From: an uncultured Nitrospiraceae bacterium
Lineage (GTDB): Bacteria; Nitrospirota; Nitrospiria; Nitrospirales; Nitrospiraceae
Assembly: GCA_963706325.1 (NCBI GenBank)
Contig: CAVPLT010000001.1
Span: 736,001 to 800,000, forward strand
DNA: 64,000 bases
Direction of reading: 5' to 3'
Shown one piece after another: positions 21,893 to 32,307 of this stretch; position 1 is the first letter of the stretch; each line of letters opens with the position of its first letter. Under the pieces are notes generated by a model. It ran no database searches. It had not been told where the DNA came from and was given only the letters and a program-made list of their open reading frames with translations. The translations under genes were made by a program, and so were the position numbers.

Positions 21893-22831
21893 ATGCAAAC
21901 TGAATTTGTCATCACAGCCGGTGAACAGCCGAAGCGATTGGATGTGTTTCTCGTTCATCGCGAGCCGAAACTCTCACGTGCGGCATTGCAGCGGATGATT
22001 ACGGCCGGTTGGGTACGGGTCAACAATCAAATCACCAAGTCGAGCCAGCGACTTAAAGCGGGAGACGTGATCGTCTTTGATTCGCCCCAAGCTGCTCCGT
22101 TGCAGCTTCATGGACAAACAACACGGTTAGAGATTTTGTTCGAGGATCGGGTCTGTCTGGTGTTGAATAAGCCCGCCGGCATCATAGTACACCCGGCGCC
22201 AGGACATTGGTCCAATACGTTATTAAATGCGCTCCTCGACCATTGCGCACCTTCAGGAGGAATGGTCACACCAGGAGTCGTCCATCGCCTGGACAAGGAC
22301 ACGTCAGGGGTGATGGTGGTGGCCAAAACCGAGCAGGCTCATCGTAATCTCGCGATGCAGTTCGAATTCCATTCCATTACTCGTCGCTACGAAGCACTGG
22401 TTTCGAATCTTCCGACGGCATCTGAAGGTCGAATCGATTGTGCGATTGGTCCGGATAGGCACGATCCGAAACGGACTTCTCCGCGAACGCTCCAGCCGAA
22501 ACCCGCCGTCACGGAGTACGGGGTAGAAGAAGCGTTTGGCGCGGTGGCTGCCCGGGTGCTTCTGCGTCCCCACACGGGACGTACTCACCAGATACGGGCC
22601 CACCTCCAGGCGATCGGTCACCCCATCCTGGGTGATAGGATGTATGGGGGCACCCGGGTCGAAGAGGTCTACGGCTATGTCGTGCCTCGTGTCATGCTAC
22701 ATGCACGGACGCTGGGATTCACACATCCCGTCACCGCGGTGTACAGCGAATATACGGCTGCGGCTCCCGCCGATTTTGACGACATGTGTCATAGGCTTCA
22801 AGTTGGGGCACGCACCAGTACAGACGAATGA
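21893..22831 (+). CDS. RluA-family (RluD-like) pseudouridine synthase with S4 domain
   Basis: LNKPAG, VHRLDKDTSG, TGRTHQIR, LHARTLGF. Confidence 0.9.
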   Translation: MQTEFVITAGEQPKRLDVFLVHREPKLSRAALQRMITAGWVRVNNQITKSSQRLKAGDVIVFDSPQAAPLQLHGQTTRLEILFEDRVCLVLNKPAGIIVHPAPGHWSNTLLNALLDHCAPSGGMVTPGVVHRLDKDTSGVMVVAKTEQAHRNLAMQFEFHSITRRYEALVSNLPTASEGRIDCAIGPDRHDPKRTSPRTLQPKPAVTEYGVEEAFGAVAARVLLRPHTGRTHQIRAHLQAIGHPILGDRMYGGTRVEEVYGYVVPRVMLHARTLGFTHPVTAVYSEYTAAAPADFDDMCHRLQVGARTSTDE

Positions 22832-23314
22832 TCACAGCGAAAGCCCTGAAAGGTGTTGATCGAGGTGATGACGTTGGACGAGAAAGTAGGGGAACCGTCC
22901 GAAGGTCAAGTGACAACCGGCCATATAACGCTTGTGGGTTGTGCCGACCGGAATGTGGGTTACCCAACGCACTTCGAACAAGGTCGTTGCTTGTTGCTGT
23001 AAAGCTGGATTTCGCATGGCCACAATCTGTCGGTCCTGTGGTTTGCGATCAAGCAATAGCAAAATGCCGTCAGTACTGATGTTCAAGGAATAGGCTTCGC
23101 CGGGCGATGCAGTCGACTCCTGATCTTGCCCGTCCATCAGTTCATAGGTGCAGCGCGTTCTAATGGCAAATCGCGCATCGATTCGGCGGTCATCCTGGGC
23201 AATGGGCGCTCGTTGACAGAGTAAGTTATCCACACCTCGCTGAGCGGCTATGACCTGCGGCCTTGGCTGTCTGATCAGCACTGTGAGGATTCTGTGGATA
23301 AATTCTGAGGCCAT
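22832..23314 (-). CDS. PilZ-domain protein (start uncertain)
   Basis: RIDAR (RxxxR), NISTDG (NxSxxG), EVRWV, AGCHL. Confidence 0.65.
   Translation of the reverse strand: MASEFIHRILTVLIRQPRPQVIAAQRGVDNLLCQRAPIAQDDRRIDARFAIRTRCTYELMDGQDQESTASPGEAYSLNISTDGILLLLDRKPQDRQIVAMRNPALQQQATTLFEVRWVTHIPVGTTHKRYMAGCHLTFGRFPYFLVQRHHLDQHLSGLSL
23226..23301. promoter_or_regulatory. Two perfect DnaA boxes in opposite orientation
   Basis: TTATCCACA at 23226-23234; TGTGGATAA at 23293-23301. Confidence 0.5.
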
Positions 23315-23365
23315 ACGATGTTCACAATCTCCAGTTTGTCGGAAGCCAAATCCTACGCATGAGAA

Positions 23366-23381
23366 AGCAATTCAGGTGCCG
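23366..23381 (-). promoter_or_regulatory. Putative sigma54 promoter for the PilZ gene
   Basis: Minus strand CGGCAC-CTGAA-TTGCT (GG-N10-GC), ~50 nt upstream of ATG 23314. Confidence 0.55.
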
Positions 23382-23664
23382 GTGATGCGGAAGCTACGCC
23401 ACTACCTAAGGGTATGTTTTTTTTCACGGTGTCTCTTGCGAGAGAGGATCCATCATGACAGTGCCCTGAATTGTCCTGTCAAATTGACCGCAGGTTCAAC
23501 GGAAAATTAACGGTGCGACGCAGCATCGGGGCCGAGACTGGGCAATAAGCGTAGGCGATAACATGTGGATGGCCTGTGGATGACATGGGGGTGACATGTG
23601 CGAGGAGAACCGGAACTGGCGTATCTTGTTTTTGCCCACGGACTATGGCAGCGTACGCGACTGA

Positions 23665-24657
23665 ATGCCGGTGTTCTTAGGCAGTCTCGACGTGCATAGA
23701 GTGACCACGACGCCGGTTGAGTTCGTCATCACGGCGGGAGAATCGGCCAAACGGATTGACCTGTTTCTTGCTAATCGCGACCCGACCTTTTCCCGGTCAG
23801 CGTTGAAGCGATTGATCGAAGAAGGCTGCATTCAGATCAACGGCCGGATTGTCCGGCCGAGCCAGAAAATAAAACCAGGGGATCGCATTAGGCTCGAAGT
23901 GCCACGGCCGGAGCCGCTTGATCTCCTACCTGAAGCCATTCCGTTTGAGATTCTCTACGAAGACGCAGATGTTTTGGTGCTTAATAAACCAACCGGGCTG
24001 GTCGTCCACCCGGCCCCCGGCAATTGGTCGGGAACGCTGGTGAATGCCTTGCTCCACCACTTTGCGAGCTCAGGTGTAACGCCTTCGCATATCGGAGGCA
24101 GGGAGCGGCCGGGCCTCGTCCATCGGCTGGATAAGGAAACATCCGGGGTCATGGTGATTGCTAAGACAGACCCGTCGCATCGCGCACTAGCCGCGCAGTT
24201 CAAGCTCCATACGATCGCACGGGTGTATGAGGCATTGGTGTGGGGCGTGCCCAAGAAAGGGCATGGGCTCATCGACCTAGCCATTGGACGGGATACGAAA
24301 GAGCGAAAGAAGTTTTCGACGCGATCCACGAAGCCGAAGCCTTCGGCGACCGACTATCAGGTCGAGCAGCGATACGGGAAGATTGCCGCCCGCGTGAAAC
24401 TGTCTCCCCACACTGGTCGGACGCATCAATTGCGAGTGCATCTGACATCCATCGAACATCCGATCTTGGGTGACAAAACCTATGGCGGGACCAAGGTCAT
24501 GACTGTCGGAGACATACCTATTCCGCGAGTGATGCTGCACGCGCGTACGCTGGGGTTTATGCACCCAACCGACAGGACGTTTCACCAGTTTGATGTTCCC
24601 TGTCCGCCTGATATGCAGCAGGTACAAGACCTCCTCGGCGCAGCGACAGCTCATTAG
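23665..24657 (+). CDS. rluD: RluA-family (RluD-like) pseudouridine synthase; start may be GTG 23701
   Basis: S4 domain, RPGLVHRLDKETSG, TGRTHQLRVH. Confidence 0.9.
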   Translation: MPVFLGSLDVHRVTTTPVEFVITAGESAKRIDLFLANRDPTFSRSALKRLIEEGCIQINGRIVRPSQKIKPGDRIRLEVPRPEPLDLLPEAIPFEILYEDADVLVLNKPTGLVVHPAPGNWSGTLVNALLHHFASSGVTPSHIGGRERPGLVHRLDKETSGVMVIAKTDPSHRALAAQFKLHTIARVYEALVWGVPKKGHGLIDLAIGRDTKERKKFSTRSTKPKPSATDYQVEQRYGKIAARVKLSPHTGRTHQLRVHLTSIEHPILGDKTYGGTKVMTVGDIPIPRVMLHARTLGFMHPTDRTFHQFDVPCPPDMQQVQDLLGAATAH

Positions 24658-24731
24658 GAGCTCGCTGAGGTGACAGCCTGAGTTAGAATGACGCCGAGCG
24701 CGAGTCGGCGGAAGTGAGGAGAACCTGAGGT

Positions 24732-25154
24732 ATGGAAACTAATACAGTGCTCGATCTGTTGGGCGAATTGCTCGCACAGCTCAAGGGCTATGCGTCTAAG
24801 TTGCCCGCGGTCGTGCATCTCGCTTCAGTGCCGAGCGGAATCAAACCAAAGCCTGAGGCCGTGAAGGTATACGAGCAAGCGCTGTCGCGTTTTCGCGAAC
24901 AAAGCGGCCGGTCTCCATTCAAAGGCCTGCAGGACTACCTGATCGAATCCCTTGAGGCATTCGAAGTCGGCAACGTGCTGGGAGCGGTTCAGCCTCTCCT
25001 CGCCGTCCTCGACCAGATCGATCGCATGCAGCGAGATAACGATATCCGTATGAGCCCGACTGATGAGAAACGGATGGGAGAATACCGTGCGGCACTCAAT
25101 AAGATCCTGCCTGGCAGCCAACCGGAACTCGAGGGAGCTGGACGCGGCATGTAG
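24732..25154 (+). CDS. Hypothetical alpha-helical protein
   Basis: 140-aa ORF with GAGG SD-like sequence and protein-like composition. Confidence 0.75.
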   Translation: METNTVLDLLGELLAQLKGYASKLPAVVHLASVPSGIKPKPEAVKVYEQALSRFREQSGRSPFKGLQDYLIESLEAFEVGNVLGAVQPLLAVLDQIDRMQRDNDIRMSPTDEKRMGEYRAALNKILPGSQPELEGAGRGM

Positions 25155-25399
25155 GTCAGTGTCCCATTTTTGGTCCTGTCGCGGTCTCGCCGGCAGTCAC
25201 CAGCCGAAAGCGGACCGTCGATCCACAGTGAGGACATTTCGCGCGGACCGTATTTTCATCAATGACCTCATAGTGGTCTTGTTTGAGCCACATCAATTGA
25301 AAACACTTCGGACAGCTTCGCACTTGCGTTCCCATGGTCTACCCCTTACACTACAGTTGGCCGACTCACCTCTGATCGGAGGGGTTAATTTAGTACAAG

Positions 25400-25840
25400 A
25401 TGCCTCCCGCTCTCAATACCGACGAACAAGCGATCACATTTTCGGACCGCAAAGATTTCGACGCTGCCCAACTCCTTCATTTATATCGTCAGGCGCCCTG
25501 GGCCAAACATCGAGGGCTGCAACCGACCCAATCTATGCTGATACAGACCGATGTTGTCATCTCGGCTTGGGCTGGACCGCGCTTGGTGGCGTTCGGCCGG
25601 GTTCTAACGGATTATGTGTATCGAGCTACGATTTGGGACGTGATCGTCGATCGCGACTATCAACGTCGTCACATCGGCACCGAGATCGTCCAGCGGATTT
25701 TAGACCATCCCACACTTCAGCAGGTCGAGCTTTTCTGGTTGTGCACGCGTATGCCCGGCTTCTATGAACGACTTGGTTTCAGCGCGAAAGAGCAGACCGG
25801 CATGGTGTGGTCTCGTAAGAAGCCAGGGCCGCAACGCTGA
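25400..25840 (+). CDS. GNAT-family N-acetyltransferase
   Basis: DVIVDRDYQRRHIG, PGFYERLGF. Confidence 0.88.
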   Translation: MPPALNTDEQAITFSDRKDFDAAQLLHLYRQAPWAKHRGLQPTQSMLIQTDVVISAWAGPRLVAFGRVLTDYVYRATIWDVIVDRDYQRRHIGTEIVQRILDHPTLQQVELFWLCTRMPGFYERLGFSAKEQTGMVWSRKKPGPQR

Positions 25841-25922
25841 TCTCAGATCGTACGAGTAATTCCCTCTTCATCCATTCCATCAAGTCGACAGGTGATCAGC
25901 CGGCTCGGACAATCGCGCTCGC

Positions 25923-26744
25923 CTACTGCGGCTGAAGGCGATGCAACCGCTTGGGCGAACAGCAGACTGCAAGGAAGAAGAAGCTCGTGGCGAGCAAGAC
26001 GATGGAGGGACCGGAGGGGAGGTCAAACGCATAGGAGATAAGCACACCGCTCACCGCGCAGAACGTGCCGATCAACATGGAATAGAGGGTCATTTGAGTG
26101 AGGCTATGGGTGAGTTGATATGCGGTGGAAGCCGGAATCAGGATCATTGCGAAGACGAGAATGGCTCCCACGGTTTTTAATGAAATGACCACTGTGAGCG
26201 CCACCAGCGTCAGAAGAAGATAGAAGATCTGCCGTGCCGGCACACCCGAGGCGGCGGCCATTTCTTGGTCGAACGCGATGAAATACAGCTCTTTCGAGAG
26301 CAAGAGAATGGTCCCCAGCACCACCACGCTCAACCCACCGATGGTCATCAGCTCTTCCGGTGTGACCGATAAGACGCTGCCGAACAGGTATCCATACACC
26401 TCCGGATTGTAGCTCTTCATCAGACCAAGAAAGAGGATGGCCAATGCCATGGTGGTGGTATAGAGAATGCCGATGGACACATCCAATTTCATCCGGCCTT
26501 TTTCTTCGACCCAGCCAGTGATCCAGACCGTCGCCAATCCAAAGAGAATCGCGAGACTGAGCGGCGGGAGGCCGACCAGATAGGCCAAGGTGACGCCTGC
26601 AAACGCAGCATGGGCTGTCCCGGCCCCTGCGAAGGCCAAGCCTCGTAGGACTACAAATACGCCGATGACGGAGCAGACAGCGCCCACCAGCGCGGCCGCC
26701 AGGAGCGAACGTTGCATGAAATCGTAGGCGAGCAGCTCTAACAT
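25923..26744 (-). CDS. Zn/Mn-type ABC transporter permease (ZnuB/MntB family)
   Basis: GVFVVLRG, HAAFAG, YLFGSVL, VGAILV, PSGPSIV. Confidence 0.92.
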   Translation of the reverse strand: MLELLAYDFMQRSLLAAALVGAVCSVIGVFVVLRGLAFAGAGTAHAAFAGVTLAYLVGLPPLSLAILFGLATVWITGWVEEKGRMKLDVSIGILYTTTMALAILFLGLMKSYNPEVYGYLFGSVLSVTPEELMTIGGLSVVVLGTILLLSKELYFIAFDQEMAAASGVPARQIFYLLLTLVALTVVISLKTVGAILVFAMILIPASTAYQLTHSLTQMTLYSMLIGTFCAVSGVLISYAFDLPSGPSIVLLATSFFFLAVCCSPKRLHRLQPQ

Positions 26745-26845
26745 ATTGTCATGGGGTCATCGGATGTATGAGTGAAGACTGACGAACACGTTTCACGCCT
26801 CGACCGTCACACGCAATGACTACGTGGCACCGGATCTCGCCCATG

Positions 26846-27625
26846 TCAATGGTGATGGTAATCCTCGACGATAACGAAGTCTTTGTCGGTAATGACCAAG
26901 TCTTTCCCGTACACCTGACCCAGAATCTCTGGTATCAGAACCTCCTTCGGAGGTCCTGCGGCAAACAGTTTCGTTTTGAGAAGTACGAGACGGTCTACTC
27001 GTGATCGAATCATGTTGATGTCGTGTGTGATCATGAGGATCGTGAGTTTCAGATCTCTGTGCAGCTGTTGGATCAATTCTACGACGCTATGCTGAGCGGT
27101 GAGGTCCAGGCCCGTCGTCGGCTCATCCAAAAGCAATATTCGCGGCTGTTGCGCCAGGGCTCGTGCGATGAACACCCGTTGCTGCTGCCCCCCCGATAGC
27201 GCGCCTAGTGCCGAGTCGCGGTGATGATCCATTCCAACCTGAGCCAGGGCTTCGCGAGCGATATCCCGATCCTTGCGCGCCGGCCGGCGAAACAGGCCGA
27301 GCGCGCCGTACCGCCCCATCATCACGGCTTCCAGCACCGTGACGGGAAAATTGCGGTCCAGCATGCCTTTTTGCGGTAAATAACCGATGAGCGCGCGATG
27401 GTGGCAGCGGAGTTCTTCGCAGGCGCAATCCAGGACGCGGAGGGTGCCTCGCAAAGGCGCCATCAAGCCGAGCACGGCCCGACACAGAGTTGTCTTGCCA
27501 GAGCCGTTAGGGCCGATGACCCCTACGAATTCAGATTCAAGAATGCTCAACGAAATATCTTCCAGTGCGATAACGCCTGGAAAGCCGAAGGTCGCGTGGT
27601 CGAACCGAATAATGGGGTGGGTCAT
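26846..27625 (-). CDS. Zn/Mn-type ABC transporter ATPase
   Basis: GPNGSGKTT, IGYLPQK, LSGGQQQR, LDEPT; His-rich C-terminus. Confidence 0.92.
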   Translation of the reverse strand: MTHPIIRFDHATFGFPGVIALEDISLSILESEFVGVIGPNGSGKTTLCRAVLGLMAPLRGTLRVLDCACEELRCHHRALIGYLPQKGMLDRNFPVTVLEAVMMGRYGALGLFRRPARKDRDIAREALAQVGMDHHRDSALGALSGGQQQRVFIARALAQQPRILLLDEPTTGLDLTAQHSVVELIQQLHRDLKLTILMITHDINMIRSRVDRLVLLKTKLFAAGPPKEVLIPEILGQVYGKDLVITDKDFVIVEDYHHH

Positions 27626-27683
27626 GCGCGGCGGCGTTCGTTGAAATGCTGGTTCGTCGGTCGTTGTTCGGTTGGGGTGGCGG

Positions 27684-28676
27684 CTATGCTTGTTCGAGCG
27701 CCTGGGCTAATTGGAGCACATTATAACGGATCATGTCGAGGTAGGTCTCGGTACCAGGCAGGCCTCCAGGCAAGGTCGTCAGGACGGCGATGCGCGCGCC
27801 CGTTTCTCGGGCAAGCAGCTGCGGGACTTTTTGATTCAGTTGCACCTCCGACACGATGACGCGGATATGATCTCGTTTAATCGTGTCAATCAATGTATGC
27901 AGATGGCGCGCGGACGGTTCCCCTCCCGGTTGCGTTAGGATCGTTCCTGCCACGTGGAGATCGTACCGCCGGGCAAAATAAGGCCAGGCCGGGTGGTGGA
28001 CGATCAGGGTTCGACTTGGTACCGTTTGGAGCCGCACCAGCGATTCTTGGTGGACGCGCGAGAGTGCTTGGAGATAGACCGCCGTATTGGCCCGGTAGTT
28101 CGACGCGTGGGCGGGGTCCGCAAGGGTCATGGCATCTGAGATATGTTGCACCATCGTGGCGGCGGCTTCAGGGTCTAGCCACACATGAGGATTGCCTGTC
28201 CCATGATGGTGGGAGTGCGAGGCGTCCGCGGATTCGAGACGATCTTGAATCAACTCGATCCCCTTGGAGGTCGTCACCACCTGTAACGTGGCATTCCCGG
28301 CATTCTTGACCAGCGAAGATACCCACACCTCGAGGCCGGCGCCGACTTCCAACAAGAGTGCGGCCTTCCGAATCGCCACCAAGTCACTCGGTTTTGGTGA
28401 GTAGGTATGCTCGCTCTCATAGCCGGTCATGAGGGAGGTGACGTGTACGTGCGATCCGCCGATCTGTTGCGCCCAGTCCTTCAGGACAGGGAGCGTCACG
28501 ACCACATGGAGTGGTTCGGCAGCGGAGGCAACGGGGACCGATCCGGATAGGCTCCAATGAGACGGTACTGCAGCAAATGTGAACAGGGCGAGCGTAAGCA
28601 GGCGCAACATCCGCCGGACGGTAACACTCGATTTCTTCAAAGTCAACGCGACGGCGCATTGAGTCGATGTCCTCAT
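27684..28676 (-). CDS. Zn/Mn-type ABC substrate-binding protein (true start probably ~28610)
   Basis: EHTYSPKPSD, HSHHHGTGNPHVWLDP, HPAWPYFA. Confidence 0.9.
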   Translation of the reverse strand: MRTSTQCAVALTLKKSSVTVRRMLRLLTLALFTFAAVPSHWSLSGSVPVASAAEPLHVVVTLPVLKDWAQQIGGSHVHVTSLMTGYESEHTYSPKPSDLVAIRKAALLLEVGAGLEVWVSSLVKNAGNATLQVVTTSKGIELIQDRLESADASHSHHHGTGNPHVWLDPEAAATMVQHISDAMTLADPAHASNYRANTAVYLQALSRVHQESLVRLQTVPSRTLIVHHPAWPYFARRYDLHVAGTILTQPGGEPSARHLHTLIDTIKRDHIRVIVSEVQLNQKVPQLLARETGARIAVLTTLPGGLPGTETYLDMIRYNVLQLAQALEQA

Positions 28677-28766
28677 GTCGGCATATGCGCTTGACCCATC
28701 GCGGGGTTTCGATTAGCGTAGCGCACCGAGCAGGCGACGGAAACTTCTGCGGTGGAAGGGGGCTGG

Positions 28767-29951
28767 ATGAAGGTTGTCGGTTTGATGTCCGGCACATCGG
28801 CAGATGCGGTGGATGCGGCACTCGTCAATATTGCCCGGCGCGGTCGGACTTTACGGATTTCGCCCTTGGCATTCGTATCCCTACCGTACTCACGATCCCT
28901 GCAACAAAGAATTGTCGATCTATCTCTCCACGGCCATGTGGCCGAGATCTGCCATATGAATGTGTACCTTGGAGAACTCTTTGCCAAAGCGGCCTTGCGG
29001 GTGATTCACAAGGCGAAATACCTCCCGACCGATATCGACTTGATCGGCTCGCATGGACAGACGATCCACCATCTCCCGGAGGGGATTCGTGAGCCTGGCG
29101 TCGGCATGGTCCGATCCACACTTCAGATTGGCGAGCCGAGCGTCATTGCAGAACGAACCGGCATCACGACGATCGCCAATTTTAGGCCCCGCGATATGGC
29201 GGCAGGCGGTGAGGGGGCTCCACTAGTTCCCTATGCCCATTTGATGGCGTTCGGTCATGTTCGGCGGGCCCGCCTGGTGGTGAATATTGGTGGGATCAGC
29301 AATGTGACTTATCTGCCGCCGGGGGGCGGCATTGCGGATCTGCAGGCTTTTGATACAGGACCCGGCAACATGGTGATGGATGCACTCGTGCGAGAAGCGA
29401 GCAAAGGAAAGCATTCTTATGATGCGGGCGGTCGGCTGGCCCTGCAAGGGACGGTAAGCCGGCGTTTGCTTGCCGAACTTATGGCCCATCCGTTTTTGAC
29501 ACGTTGCCCACCAAAATCTACCGGGCGCGAAGAATTCGGCGCTCCATTTGTTCGACATCTGTTAACGAAGCAACGTACGTCTCACGTCACTACTGAGGAT
29601 CTTCTTGCGACCTGCGCCGCATGGACTGCGGAGACGATCGGCACGGCGCGACGGTGGGTGACCGATGATATGGATGCTGTGATTGTCGGTGGTGGAGGCG
29701 TGTACAATCGCGCAGTCATGGGCCATCTCCAGCGGGTGTTTGCGCCTACGCCGGTTTCGACTTTTGACGATCACGGATGGAGCAGCAAGGCTTTTGAAGC
29801 GACGGCGTTCGCCCTCTTGGCCCATGACACCTATCACGGACAATGCACGAACGTGCCCCAGGTGACGGGAGCGCGTCACCCTGTGCTTCTGGGCGTGGTG
29901 GCACAGGGACTTCCTGGCGCTCAGATGAAAGGCCTGCGAGTCGCTCGCTGA
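28767..29951 (+). CDS. anmK: Anhydro-N-acetylmuramic acid kinase
   Basis: GLMSGTSADAVD, GSHGQT, DMAAGGEGAPL, NIGGISN, FDTGPGN, PKSTGRE. Confidence 0.95.
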   Translation: MKVVGLMSGTSADAVDAALVNIARRGRTLRISPLAFVSLPYSRSLQQRIVDLSLHGHVAEICHMNVYLGELFAKAALRVIHKAKYLPTDIDLIGSHGQTIHHLPEGIREPGVGMVRSTLQIGEPSVIAERTGITTIANFRPRDMAAGGEGAPLVPYAHLMAFGHVRRARLVVNIGGISNVTYLPPGGGIADLQAFDTGPGNMVMDALVREASKGKHSYDAGGRLALQGTVSRRLLAELMAHPFLTRCPPKSTGREEFGAPFVRHLLTKQRTSHVTTEDLLATCAAWTAETIGTARRWVTDDMDAVIVGGGGVYNRAVMGHLQRVFAPTPVSTFDDHGWSSKAFEATAFALLAHDTYHGQCTNVPQVTGARHPVLLGVVAQGLPGAQMKGLRVAR

Positions 29952-29964
29952 ATCATCAGCAGAT

Positions 29965-30483
29965 ATGGAGCTACTTTATCCTATTCTCGGCATCGGGGCG
30001 CTGGTCTTTCTAGGGAGCCTCGCCTGGGAAAGTTTTGGGCGGAGGCGCTTATCTGGTTCCTCATCAGATGGCCCTCCTGTCGGTATGACCTTTGTTACCA
30101 AGCCTCTTCTGACAGACGGAGAGGTGCAGCTCTATAACCTGTTGCGAATGGCTGTGGAAGATCGGTATTTATTGTTCACGCAAATTCCGCTGTGGAGCTT
30201 GCTGGATTTGCGACTCCCTTCCGGAACGCCGCCTGCGGAGACCTTGAGGGAGCTTGCATTACAGAAGGCCACGTTCGTGTTGGTGCATCCTGGTAGCCGG
30301 TTGGTCGAGAAAGTGGTGCAAGTTGAGCGGCAGGTTCCGAACGATTCTTCCGTTGAGCCCCAGAACACGCTGTTTGAATCGGCGCTCCGTGCAGCAGGGG
30401 TTCAGCTAGTCAGGCTGAGTCCGCTGCACGCCTATACGGTTCCGGGTCTTGTTACGGTCCTGGATCTTGCCGAACCAGAATAG
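29965..30483 (+). CDS. Membrane-anchored DUF2726-like protein
   Basis: N-terminal TM helix; KPLLTDGE...LRAAGVQLVR. Confidence 0.65.
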   Translation: MELLYPILGIGALVFLGSLAWESFGRRRLSGSSSDGPPVGMTFVTKPLLTDGEVQLYNLLRMAVEDRYLLFTQIPLWSLLDLRLPSGTPPAETLRELALQKATFVLVHPGSRLVEKVVQVERQVPNDSSVEPQNTLFESALRAAGVQLVRLSPLHAYTVPGLVTVLDLAEPE

Positions 30484-30538
30484 CCCTGAACTGTGCCGAA
30501 GAGCCCGTCGCTAGCAAGTAGGGGAAGGGCGACTCGGC

Positions 30539-31060
30539 TCAGCTCGGCTCCGGCGCAACCGATTCACTCCTTGTTCCTGCCGTCTCCAGGGCTTTGCGAG
30601 CGACATCGGACTCTGCGCTGTCTGGGTATTGCTCCGTGACGCGTTCGTACATCACTTGGGCATTCTCGCGGTCGCCCTGCCTTGCATAAATCTGACCGAT
30701 CTTGAGGGTGGAGGCGGCGAGCTTTTGGCTCAACGGATAATAAGAGATGACATTGTAAAAAGATTCCAGGGCATCTTTGAAATGCCCCATGCGGTACTGG
30801 CATTCCCCCATCCAATATTGGGCATTAGCTGATAGGGCTGACTGACGATGGAGTTCGAGGAAAAACCGGAACCCCGCGAGCGCCGCGTCGTAATCTTTGT
30901 GCCGAAATTCCTCCATCACCCGGTCGTATAAACGGCGGGAGTCATTTGGCGGCTGAAGCGGGGCGGCGAACAGAGAGGGAACGGTCCCAAGGTGGCTAAG
31001 CAATACCAATAACGCCAGGGTACCGCGCCACGAGCGTGAATGAAAATGATCGATCGCCAT
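30539..31060 (-). CDS. Exported TPR protein, CpoB/YbgF-like
   Basis: Signal peptide from MAIDH; SANAQYWMGECQY, VISYYPLS, EQYPDS. Confidence 0.8.
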   Translation of the reverse strand: MAIDHFHSRSWRGTLALLVLLSHLGTVPSLFAAPLQPPNDSRRLYDRVMEEFRHKDYDAALAGFRFFLELHRQSALSANAQYWMGECQYRMGHFKDALESFYNVISYYPLSQKLAASTLKIGQIYARQGDRENAQVMYERVTEQYPDSAESDVARKALETAGTRSESVAPEPS

Positions 31061-31319
31061 GGTGTCCTTCTTTCTTGGTGGTCGCAAACCCTGCCACCGA
31101 AAATCATTGTGCCCATGCCGATATGAAAGAAGTGAACCAGATAAATGGTCCGTGCGAACCAGCTGTAAAGTTGGATAATTCGGAAAGGCGTCTCGAAAGT
31201 GTATAGTGGAAAACAGACAACATTGTACGAACACGTCAACCGTAAGGCCGAGGTAGGACCAGGTTGACAGATGTACTCAATTCGTTTGTTATCGGTTTGT
31301 GCTCAACTTGGCAGAGGGG

Positions 31320-32198
31320 ATGACGCCACCAGTACCTGGTAATAGAGGAGATCAAGCCATCGACATTGAAAGAGAGAACGAGCCAAGGTCTGCCGGTGGA
31401 AGGAAGCAGTCCCTTAGCGATCCGCCGCCCAATCCCAAGGGGGGCCGGACGTTGATTGTCGATGCTCGTGATCCCCATGCCTATCTCCGGCCTAGCGAGG
31501 CGCTGAAAGCGGCTGATGAGGCGGATCAAGTGTTCGTACGTCCTGGCATTTATGAAGACAAGGTATTTGTAGCGGATCGTCCTGTCCTCCTGATCGGTGC
31601 CGGACGAGACCATGTTCAAATTTATAACCGTCGTGGCGGGCCGCTCTATTTGCAGCGTGTGACCTCCGGCCTGATCAGCGGAATCACCTTTCGGTATGTG
31701 GGCAGCGATCAGCACTCGGCGATGAACGTGCTGGATTCGGTCTGCACGATTACGCAGTGTCGCGCGACGGAAGGGTTGCTTTCCGGTGTCGTAATTTATG
31801 GCCCTGAGGCTCGCGTGACCTTTATCGATAATGAGGTCTGTTACAACCGCGAGTCAGGAATTTTCGTCTTTGCCGGCGCACAACCGCGAGTGGCGCAGAA
31901 CATCTGTTATGGCAACCATCACTTTGGATTGGCCGTGCGGGATCCGGGAAGCCATCCGGAATGCGTTCGTAACCTCTGCCATAGCAACATGCTCAGCGGG
32001 ATATTGCTGTTTCACCATGCTGAAGCCTTGCTGTTGGATAATACTTGCCGAGACAATCAGCACTGGGGGCTGGTCATGACGCCGGACACGCATCCGACTC
32101 CGACTCGTGACAATTTAGTGGCGTCCAATGTGTTGCTCCCGAACCCTCGAGGATCGATGGTCGTTACAGAGCAGCCTCTTGCAGATATTGGGCGATAG
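31320..32198 (+). CDS. Right-handed parallel beta-helix repeat protein
   Basis: VFVRPGIYED plus repeated N..C..N...GI motifs. Confidence 0.8.
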   Translation: MTPPVPGNRGDQAIDIERENEPRSAGGRKQSLSDPPPNPKGGRTLIVDARDPHAYLRPSEALKAADEADQVFVRPGIYEDKVFVADRPVLLIGAGRDHVQIYNRRGGPLYLQRVTSGLISGITFRYVGSDQHSAMNVLDSVCTITQCRATEGLLSGVVIYGPEARVTFIDNEVCYNRESGIFVFAGAQPRVAQNICYGNHHFGLAVRDPGSHPECVRNLCHSNMLSGILLFHHAEALLLDNTCRDNQHWGLVMTPDTHPTPTRDNLVASNVLLPNPRGSMVVTEQPLADIGR

Positions 32199-32307
32199 TT
32201 CGACTCTCATCGAGTGACCGCTCTCCCAGAATTGCGGCCGACATGTGGTAGAGCGGTCTGAAGGAAAGGGTGAAGAGAGGTTACCTCTGACGAGAGCGCG
32301 AGGATGG

